A stretch of 64,000 nt of DNA from Vicinamibacterales bacterium (GTDB taxonomy: Bacteria > Acidobacteriota > Vicinamibacteria > Vicinamibacterales > Fen-181): NCBI GenBank assembly GCA_036504215.1, contig DASXVO010000076.1:35079-99078 (forward strand). Direction: 5' to 3'. Under the pieces are notes generated by a model. It saw only the letters and a program-made list of their open reading frames with translations, was not told the origin of the DNA and searched no databases. Shown here piece after piece: positions 57,302 through 64,000 of this stretch (position 1 is the first letter of the stretch; each line of letters begins with the position of its first letter). Position numbers and translations under genes: made by a program.

Positions 57302-58353
57302 TGCCTGCCCGCATCGTCGTCCTCTCGCCGAACTGGCTGGGCGACGCCGTCATGGCGCTGCCGGCGCTCTGTGCGATCAGAGGTGAGTACCCGGAGGATC
57401 GATTGGTCGTGGCGGCGCGCGCCTCCATCGCCGGCATGTTTCGAATGGTCCCGGGCGTGGACGACGTCGTGACGCTCGACGCCGGCGGCGGCTGGCGCGG
57501 GGCGGCGGGTTGGGCGAGCGATGCGCGGGCCCTCGCGGCGGCGCGGGCGGATGTGGCGATTCTGCTGCCGAATTCCTTTCGCAGCGCATGGATCGCACGG
57601 CGCGCCGGCATCGCGGAGCGATGGGGGTTCTCGGGCGACCTCCGGGGGCGGCTCCTGACTCGGCCCATGGCGCGCCCTCAGGGACCGTTGCACCAGGCCG
57701 ACTACTACCGGGCGCTGATCTCGGCGCTGGGCATCGCGGCCTCGTCCGACACGGCGCGCGTGAAGGTGCCGGCCGATGCCGGCCAGCGCGCCGATGAACT
57801 TCTCGCGCGCCATGGTATCGAGCAGGGGACGGTCATGGTCGGGATGGCTCCGGGTGCCGCGTACGGACGCGCCAAGCAGTGGCCGCCGGATCGCTACGCG
57901 CGCCTCGTGGCGCGCCTGTTCGAACGCTACGGGGCCCGGTCCGTGCTCGTCGGCAGTCGAGGCGACCGCCAGGCGGGCGAGGACATCGCGGGGCCGGGAC
58001 ACTCTCTCCGTCTCGCGGGTCGGGGTATCGTCGATCTGATCGGCCAGACCGATCTTCCGCTCCTCGTCGCGGTCATGTCGCGGTGTCGCGCGTTCGTCTC
58101 GAACGACTCCGGGGCGATGCACCTGGCTGCGGCCGTCGGTGTGCCGGTGACCGCCATCTTCGGGTCGACCGACGAGCGTGGGACCGCGCCGCTTCCGGCC
58201 GCGGCCCCCGCGGTTCCGCCGCATGAGATACTCTCTTGTGCGGTGTGGTGCCGCCCGTGCATGCTGCGCGAATGCCCGATCGACCACCGCTGCATGACCG
58301 GAGTCGACCCGGACCACGTCGCCGACGCCGTCGGCCGCCAGATCCGGCGGTAG
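57301..58353 (+). CDS. waaF: Glycosyltransferase family 9 (ADP-heptose:LPS heptosyltransferase II-like)
   Basis: ATG 57301 overlaps the upstream stop by 1 nt. 'IVVLSPNWLGDAVMALPAL', 'APGAAYGRAKQWP' and 'VSNDSGAMHLAAAVGVPVTAIFG' are GT9 motifs. The I/II assignment is tentative. Confidence 0.75.
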   Translation: MPARIVVLSPNWLGDAVMALPALCAIRGEYPEDRLVVAARASIAGMFRMVPGVDDVVTLDAGGGWRGAAGWASDARALAAARADVAILLPNSFRSAWIARRAGIAERWGFSGDLRGRLLTRPMARPQGPLHQADYYRALISALGIAASSDTARVKVPADAGQRADELLARHGIEQGTVMVGMAPGAAYGRAKQWPPDRYARLVARLFERYGARSVLVGSRGDRQAGEDIAGPGHSLRLAGRGIVDLIGQTDLPLLVAVMSRCRAFVSNDSGAMHLAAAVGVPVTAIFGSTDERGTAPLPAAAPAVPPHEILSCAVWCRPCMLRECPIDHRCMTGVDPDHVADAVGRQIRR

Positions 58354-58394
58354 CGGCCGGTGGTGGCCCGCCCGCAGCCGAGAGCCGAGAGCCT

Positions 58395-58973
58395 ATGAGA
58401 CCCGCAGTCTTCCTCGACCGTGACGGCACCGTGATCGAGGAGGTGGGATATCTGAACCGCCTCGATCGCGTGGCGTTCTTTCCCTGGACCGTGGACGCGA
58501 TTCGGGTGCTGAACGAGTCAGGGTTCCTCGTGGTCGTCGTCACGAACCAGGCCGGCGTGGCCCGGGGCTACTTCGAGGACGCGTTCGTCAAGGAGACCCA
58601 CGCGTTCATCGATGGGCGACTGCGCGGCGGCCGCGCGCGGATCGACGCGTACTATTACTGTCCGCATCATCCGGACGGGCTCGTGCCCGAGTTCACGCGG
58701 CCGTGCGAATGTCGCAAGCCGAAACCCGGGCTGATCCATCGAGCGGCCCGCGACCTGGACATCGATCTCGCGCATTCGTTCGTGGTCGGCGATCGCTGGC
58801 TGGACGTCGAACTCGGCCGTGCGGCCGGAACGCGCACCGTCCTCGTGCGAACCGGCTACGGCTCGGACGAGGAAGCCCGTCCGCAGGATTCCGCTCCGGC
58901 CGATCACGTCGCCGACAACCTGATGGCTGCCGCAGCCTGGATCCTGAGTCAGCCGACCGATACCGAAACCTGA
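58395..58973 (+). CDS. gmhB: D-glycero-beta-D-manno-heptose-1,7-bisphosphate 7-phosphatase
   Basis: 'AVFLDRDGTV', 'VVVTNQAGVARGYF', the zinc-binding 'CPHHPD...CECRKPKPG' and 'FVVGDRWLDVE'. Confidence 0.85.
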   Translation: MRPAVFLDRDGTVIEEVGYLNRLDRVAFFPWTVDAIRVLNESGFLVVVVTNQAGVARGYFEDAFVKETHAFIDGRLRGGRARIDAYYYCPHHPDGLVPEFTRPCECRKPKPGLIHRAARDLDIDLAHSFVVGDRWLDVELGRAAGTRTVLVRTGYGSDEEARPQDSAPADHVADNLMAAAAWILSQPTDTET

Positions 58974-59005
58974 TTCTCAATTCCGTATTCTGGCTCCTGG
59001 CTCCT

Positions 59006-60064
59006 ATGAAGACCGCCCGCCCCGTTCAATCGCTGTCCGGCGAGCGCGAGCGTCAGACGCGCCTGCTCACGCTCGTCGACGGTTTCGGCCGCCGCCGCGT
59101 CGCGGTCGTCGGTGACATCGTTGCCGACGAATTCCTGACGGGGCAGATCTCGCGCGTGTCGCGCGAAGCGCCAGTGCTCATCCTCCGGTACGATGCCACG
59201 CGAATCGTGCCGGGCGGGGGAGGCAACGCGGCGAACAACGTGGCCGCGCTCGGCGGCCGAGTGGATCTGTTCGGGCTGCTGGGGAACGACGAGGCAGGGC
59301 GCGCGCTGCGGAAGGCCTTTCCGGGCGGTGTGCGCCAGACCGGCGTGATGCGCTCGCCCGGGTACCGGACTCCCACGAAGACCCGCGTCCTCGCCGGTGG
59401 GATTCACTCGGCCAAGCAGCAGATCGTGCGGATCGACCGCGAGCCGTCCGGGTCGCCGTCGGCGGACGTGGTGCGCGCGTTCACCGCGAAGGTGCTCGAC
59501 GCCATCGACGACGCGGACGCGGTGCTGCTGTCCGACTACGGATACGGACTCGTGACGCCGGCCCTGGCCGAGGCGATCGACACGAGGCTGAAGCGGTCCG
59601 CCCGTCGTCGGCACGTGCCCGTGCTCGTCGATTCGCGCTACAACCTCGGCGCCTACCGGGGCCTGAGCGCGTGCACGCCGAACGAGCCGGAAGTGGAGCA
59701 ACTGCTCGGTGTGCGCATCAACGACGATCCGGACACACTCGAGCGCGCAGGCCGCGCGATGCTCCGGCGACAGCGCATGCAGGCGGTGTTGATCACCCGC
59801 GGCAGCCGCGGGATGGCGCTGTTCGAGCCGAAGGCGCCGACCGTCCACATCCCGATCTTCGGGAGCGACGAGATCGCCGATGTCACCGGCGCCGGCGACA
59901 CCGTGATGGCGACGATGGCGCTGGCGCTCGCGACGGGGGCATCGTTCGATGAAGCGGCGCGCCTGGCGAACTACGCGGGCGGGATCGTCGTGATGAAACG
60001 CGGCACGGCCACCGTCTCGGCCGACGAGCTGCGGCAGGCCGTCATCTCCGACCTTTCGGCATGA
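59006..60064 (+). CDS. hldA: D-glycero-beta-D-manno-heptose-7-phosphate kinase (RfaE domain I as a separate gene)
   Basis: PfkB/ribokinase fold. 'VAVVGDIVADEF...REAPVLI', 'GGGGNAANNVAALGG' and 'DVTGAGDTVMATMALAL'. Confidence 0.85.
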   Translation: MKTARPVQSLSGERERQTRLLTLVDGFGRRRVAVVGDIVADEFLTGQISRVSREAPVLILRYDATRIVPGGGGNAANNVAALGGRVDLFGLLGNDEAGRALRKAFPGGVRQTGVMRSPGYRTPTKTRVLAGGIHSAKQQIVRIDREPSGSPSADVVRAFTAKVLDAIDDADAVLLSDYGYGLVTPALAEAIDTRLKRSARRRHVPVLVDSRYNLGAYRGLSACTPNEPEVEQLLGVRINDDPDTLERAGRAMLRRQRMQAVLITRGSRGMALFEPKAPTVHIPIFGSDEIADVTGAGDTVMATMALALATGASFDEAARLANYAGGIVVMKRGTATVSADELRQAVISDLSA

Positions 60065-60534
60065 GCCTCATCGTCAGCGAATCGGAGCTCGACACCCTTG
60101 TCGCCGCCGACCGCGCGGCCGGGCGCACGCTTGCGTTCGCCAACGGCTGCTTCGACGTGCTGCACGTCGGGCACGTCCGGTACCTGGCCGGTGCCGCGGC
60201 CGAGGCCGACCGGCTGATCGTGGCGGTGAACGACGATGCGGCCGTCCGGCGGCTGAAGGGGCCAGGGCGTCCGGTGCTCGCGGCCGGGGCGCGCGCCGAA
60301 CTCGTGGCGGCGCTGCGCGGCGTGGACTACGTGGTGATCTTCCCCGACCCGACCGTCGCGCGGCTGCTCGAGCGTTTCCGCCCCGATGTCCACTGCAAGG
60401 GGACCGACTACACCGTGGACACCGTGCCGGAGCGCGACACCGTGCGCGCGTACGGCGGGCGCATCGCGATCGTCGGCGATTCGAAGCACCACTCGACGAC
60501 CGGGCTGCTCGAGCGGGTCAGGCGCGGCGATTGA
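60061..60534 (+). CDS. hldC: D-glycero-beta-D-manno-heptose-1-phosphate adenylyltransferase (RfaE domain II as a separate gene)
   Basis: ATGA overlap with hldA. The cytidylyltransferase motif 'FANGCFDVLHVGHVRYL' and the ~155-aa size fit. Confidence 0.85.
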   Translation: MSLIVSESELDTLVAADRAAGRTLAFANGCFDVLHVGHVRYLAGAAAEADRLIVAVNDDAAVRRLKGPGRPVLAAGARAELVAALRGVDYVVIFPDPTVARLLERFRPDVHCKGTDYTVDTVPERDTVRAYGGRIAIVGDSKHHSTTGLLERVRRGD

Positions 60535-60573
60535 TCGGTGGCGGGCCGTCGGGCCCGCGAGGAGGAGGCTCTC

Positions 60574-62301
60574 ATGTGCGGCATCCTGACGATTCTCAAC
60601 ATCGACGGGACGCGCTCCAATCCAGCCGAATTGCGCCGTCAGGCGCTGGTCATGGCCAAGAAGCTCCGCCATCGCGGCCCGGACTGGAGCGGCATCTACA
60701 GTGACGAGCACGCCGTGCTGGCCCACGAGCGGCTGTCGATCGTGGACGTCGAACACGGGGCACAACCGCTGATCGATCGCCTCGAAGGCACGGTGCTCTC
60801 GGTGAACGGGGAAATCTACAATCACAAGGCCCTGCAGCGGGGCCTGCGGCGCCCCCACGATTTCCAGACGCTGTCGGACTGCGAGGTCATCCTCTACCTC
60901 TACGACGAACTGCCGCCGAAGGAGTTCCTGAACCGGATGAACGGGATCTTCGCGTTCGTCATCCACGATCCCAAGCGCAGGACGTTCCTGATTGCGCGCG
61001 ACCCGATCGGCGTCGTGCCGCTCTACGTCGGGTGGGATCGGCGGGAGAATTTCTACGCCGCGTCCGAGATGAAGGCCCTCGTGGGACACTGCGAGCGGAT
61101 CCAGGAGTTCCCTCCCGGGCACTACTATCTCGGCCACGAAGCCGAGAAGGGATTCCAGCGCTACTACGAGCCGGCGTGGGCCGAGCCGGGCGTGTATCCG
61201 ACGACGCCGTACGACCCGGTGATACTCCGCGAGGCGCTGGAAGCCTCGGTCCACCGGCAGTTGATGTGCGATGTGCCGTACGGCGTGCTCATCTCGGGCG
61301 GCGTCGATTCGTCGATCATCGCGGCGATCGCGGCGCGGTTCAGCCAGCGGCGGATCGAGGAGGACGACAAGGCGTTGGCGTGGTGGCCCCGCCTGCACTC
61401 GTTCGCGGTTGGCCTCGAGGGCGCGCCCGACCTGGCCCCCGCCCGCACCGTCGCCGAGCACATCGGCGCGGTGCACCACGAGATCCAGTTCACCGTGCAG
61501 GAGGGCCTCGACGCGTTGTCGGACGTCATCTACCACCTCGAGACGTTCGACATCACGACGATCCGGGCGGCCACGCCGATGTATCTCATGATGCGGAAGA
61601 TCCGCGCGATGGGCATCAAGATGATCCTGTCGGGCGAGGGGGCCGACGAGGTGTTCGGGGGCTACCTCTACTTTCACAAGGCGCCGAACGGCCACGAGTT
61701 GCACGACGAGACGGTGCGCAAGATCCAGAAGCTGCATCTCTACGACTGCCTGCGGGCGAACAAGGCGAGCTGCGCGTGGGGTGTCGAGGCGCGCGTGCCG
61801 TATCTCGACCGCGAGTTCCTCGACGTGGCGATGAGTCTCGACCCGGACGTGAAGATTCCGCGCAACGCGCCGCACCCGCGGCCCATCGAGAAGTATCCCC
61901 TGCGCAAGGCGTTCGAGGGCTACGTGCCGCACGAGGTGCTGTGGCGGCAGAAGGAGCAGTTCTCCGACGGGGTCGGCTACTCGTGGATCAACTCGCTGAA
62001 GGCCACGGCCGAGGGTGAGGTCACCGACGGCATGATGCGGGGCGTGAACGAGCGGTTTCCGACCAAGACGCCGGAGACGAAGGAAGCGTACCTCTATCGG
62101 CAGATTTTCGAGCTGCACTTCCCCTCGGCCAGCGCGGTGAACTGCGTGCCGCACGAGCGGAGCGTGGCCTGCAGCACGGCGACGGCGCTGGCATGGGACG
62201 CCGCATTCCAGGCGATGGTGGATCCGTCGGGCCGCGCCGTGATGGACGTCCACAACGACAGCCTGAGCCAGGAGCCGGGAGCCCGGGGCCCGAAGCCGTG
62301 A
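60574..62301 (+). CDS. asnB: Asparagine synthase B (glutamine-hydrolysing)
   Basis: ATG 60574 with a GGAGGAGG Shine-Dalgarno sequence. 'MCGI...' N-terminal nucleophile Cys. Near-collinear with E. coli AsnB ('HRGPDWSGIY', 'LAHERLSIVD', 'VPYGVLISGGVDSS', 'LSGEGADEVFGGYLYFHKAP', 'WRQKEQFSDGVGYSWI'). Confidence 0.9.
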   Translation: MCGILTILNIDGTRSNPAELRRQALVMAKKLRHRGPDWSGIYSDEHAVLAHERLSIVDVEHGAQPLIDRLEGTVLSVNGEIYNHKALQRGLRRPHDFQTLSDCEVILYLYDELPPKEFLNRMNGIFAFVIHDPKRRTFLIARDPIGVVPLYVGWDRRENFYAASEMKALVGHCERIQEFPPGHYYLGHEAEKGFQRYYEPAWAEPGVYPTTPYDPVILREALEASVHRQLMCDVPYGVLISGGVDSSIIAAIAARFSQRRIEEDDKALAWWPRLHSFAVGLEGAPDLAPARTVAEHIGAVHHEIQFTVQEGLDALSDVIYHLETFDITTIRAATPMYLMMRKIRAMGIKMILSGEGADEVFGGYLYFHKAPNGHELHDETVRKIQKLHLYDCLRANKASCAWGVEARVPYLDREFLDVAMSLDPDVKIPRNAPHPRPIEKYPLRKAFEGYVPHEVLWRQKEQFSDGVGYSWINSLKATAEGEVTDGMMRGVNERFPTKTPETKEAYLYRQIFELHFPSASAVNCVPHERSVACSTATALAWDAAFQAMVDPSGRAVMDVHNDSLSQEPGARGPKP

Positions 62302-63338
62302 AGATTCTCCTCGTCCGCCTCGGCTCGCTTGGCGACATCGTGCACGCGCTGCCCGTGGCGGCGGCACTGCGCGATCGCCACCCCGATGCGCAGATCGACT
62401 GGCTGGTCGATGCGCGGTACGCAACCATCCTCGGCCTCGTGCCGGCCATCAGCCGGCGCGTGATCCTGGGACGGTACGAAGGTGGACGCGGTGGCGCGCC
62501 GACCGTGCGCGACTGGCTGACGACGATCGCGGCGCTGCGGCGGGAGCGCTACGACGCCGCGGTCGATCTCCAGGGACTGATCAAGTCCGCCCTGTTGGCG
62601 CGCCTGTCGGGCGCCCGCCGCGTGATCGGCTTCGGCCGGTCGCACCTGCGTGAGCGGGCCGCCGGCGTCCTCTACTCCGAGACGGTCGATCCGGGAGGCG
62701 CGGTTCACGTCGTGGACAAGAACCTGTCCGCGCTTCACGCGTTTGGGATCACGGACGCGCCCCGCCGATTTCCGCTCGTCGTGGGTGATCTGAGTGGCAC
62801 GGGCGTCTCGCCCGTGCAGGCCCCCGCGGGCGTCCCGCCCGTGGCGTACGCCCTTCTCAATCCCGGGGCCGCGTGGCCGAACAAGCGCTGGCCGGCTGAG
62901 CGCTTTGGTGCGATCGCGGTCTGGCTGCACGAGGCGCACGGCCTGCGTTCGCTCGTGCTCTGGGGACCCGGTGAAGAGCGGCTCGCCTCGCGCATCGTCG
63001 CCTGTTCGGAGGGGGCGGCCACCCAGTCGCCGCCGACAGGCATCGCCGAAATCCTCGCGCTGGCACGCGGCGCGCGCCTGATGCTCTCCGGCGACACCGG
63101 CCCACTTCATCTCGCGGCTGCCGTCGGCACGCCAATCGTCGCGCTCTTCGGTCCGACGATGGCCGAGCGGAACGGGCCATGGGATCCGGGCGACATCTCG
63201 CTCTCGCGTTTCGACGAGTGTGTGTGTCACTATCAAAGACGGTGCCGGCGCGACCGGCCCTGTATCGACGACATCACCCTCGAGGACGTGCGTGGAGCGA
63301 TCGACCGACGCCTTGCCTTCGTCGCCAAACATGCCTGA
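62298..63338 (+). CDS. waaC: Glycosyltransferase family 9 (heptosyltransferase I-like)
   Basis: GTG 62298 overlaps the asnB stop (GTGA). 'KILLVRLGSLGDIVHALPVAAALR', 'DLQGLIKSALLA' and 'SGDTGPLHLAAAVGTPIVALFGPT'. The I/II assignment is tentative. Confidence 0.75.
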   Translation: MKILLVRLGSLGDIVHALPVAAALRDRHPDAQIDWLVDARYATILGLVPAISRRVILGRYEGGRGGAPTVRDWLTTIAALRRERYDAAVDLQGLIKSALLARLSGARRVIGFGRSHLRERAAGVLYSETVDPGGAVHVVDKNLSALHAFGITDAPRRFPLVVGDLSGTGVSPVQAPAGVPPVAYALLNPGAAWPNKRWPAERFGAIAVWLHEAHGLRSLVLWGPGEERLASRIVACSEGAATQSPPTGIAEILALARGARLMLSGDTGPLHLAAAVGTPIVALFGPTMAERNGPWDPGDISLSRFDECVCHYQRRCRRDRPCIDDITLEDVRGAIDRRLAFVAKHA

Positions 63339-63849
63339 CCTGGCCGCCCGCCTTGCCCGTGTCCGCGTCCCGATCGGGTTCGTGGCGTCGGCTGTCGCCC
63401 TGTGGCTGGCACATCCAACGTGGGGATCCATCGCCGTGGGCGGGCCGATCGCCGTGGTGGGCGAGGTCATTCGCGTATGGGCGGCGGGACATCTCGAGAA
63501 AGGCCGCGAGGTGACCAAGTCGGGGCCGTACCGCGTGACGGGGCACCCGCTCTATCTCGGGTCGTCGATCATCGGCATCGGCTTCGCGGTGGCGACCTAC
63601 AGCCTGTGGGTTGTGGCGCTGGCGATCGTCTATCTGGGTGGCACGCTCGGCGCCGCCATCCGGAGCGAAGAAGCGAGCCTGCGCGCGAAGTTCGGGCGCG
63701 AATACGTGGAGTACCGACAGGGACGGACGACTGACGCCACGCGTCGATTCAGTCTGGCGCGGGCGATGAGGAATCGGGAGTATCGGGCGATCGTCGGCCT
63801 CGCGGCCGCCCTGATTCTGCTCGTGCTCAAAGCGTACCTGATGCTATAA
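63331..63849 (+). CDS. Isoprenylcysteine carboxyl methyltransferase (ICMT)/phospholipid methyltransferase family membrane protein
   Basis: ATG 63331 overlaps the waaC end by 8 nt. 'LEKGREVTKSGPYRVTGHPLYLGSSIIGIGFA' and 'EEASLRAKFGREYVEYR' fit the ICMT/PEMT family. Confidence 0.7.
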   Translation: MPDLAARLARVRVPIGFVASAVALWLAHPTWGSIAVGGPIAVVGEVIRVWAAGHLEKGREVTKSGPYRVTGHPLYLGSSIIGIGFAVATYSLWVVALAIVYLGGTLGAAIRSEEASLRAKFGREYVEYRQGRTTDATRRFSLARAMRNREYRAIVGLAAALILLVLKAYLML

Positions 63850-63870
63850 TCGGATGCTCTGCTGGCAGCC

Positions 63871-63945
63871 GGGCGGTTAGCTCAGTGGTAGAGCACCGGC
63901 TTTACACGCCGGCTGTCGCAGGTTCGAACCCTGCACCGCCCACCA
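63871..63945 (+). tRNA. tRNA-Val (anticodon TAC), CCA encoded
   Basis: Hand-folded. Acceptor GGGCGGT/ACCGCCC. D-arm GCTC-AGTGGTA-GAGC. Anticodon stem CCGGC/GCCGG with loop TTTACAC. T-arm GCAGG-TTCGAAC-CCTGC. A TATAAT hexamer at 63845-63850 lies 20 nt upstream. Confidence 0.9.
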
Positions 63946-64000
63946 GGGTCGTGTGCAGGCGCATCCGCCGGTCATCGTGACGTGGACAGACGTCGCGGAC

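Noticed and set aside
59971-62424. 817-aa ORF on the minus strand
   Set aside because: It is antisense to asnB, which is near-collinear with E. coli AsnB, and to hldC. It has no recognisable domain and a shadow-ORF composition.

Overview
High-GC bacterial chromosome segment, read by eye rather than computed. PEP-CTERM, PEGA, M14/M28 peptidase and TPR-regulator proteins suggest an Acidobacteriota-like organism, but that is only an inference. Genes were called by recognisable protein motifs, because both strands carry long GC-driven shadow ORFs.

Most of the window is ordinary core genome:
- Glycolysis operon gap-pgk-tpiA-secG ending in tRNA-Leu(GAG), plus pyk elsewhere.
- modABC molybdate transporter.
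- A roughly 10 kb LPS inner-core cluster: waaA, lpxK, an lpxL-like gene, two GT9 heptosyltransferases, gmhB, a split hldE (kinase and adenylyltransferase genes), with asnB and an ICMT-like gene embedded, followed by tRNA-Val(TAC).
- Sensor kinases, secreted peptidases and hydrolases, transporters.

The one clearly accessory stretch runs from about 45.8 to 49.9 kb and abuts the 3' end of tRNA-Leu. It looks lower in GC and contains:
- a truncated DUF4143-type ATPase fragment;
- an intact two-gene module, an ABC/OLD-type AAA ATPase plus a ~200-aa DUF4276/Toprim-like partner, which is the best candidate here for an uncharacterised defence system;
- a hicB-hicA toxin-antitoxin pair;
- local repeat copies.

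Other non-routine signals:
- a ~200-bp imperfect palindrome of 9-nt-spaced GTGC/GCAC units between pgk and tpiA;
- a (AAGGATG)n heptamer array downstream of modC;
- an internally deleted dam methylase remnant;
- a translationally coupled outer-membrane-barrel/PHP/ketosynthase trio;
- a CE15-GH28 fusion enzyme;
- two sensors with unusual Cys clusters.

No rRNA, CRISPR array, integrase or transposase was seen.
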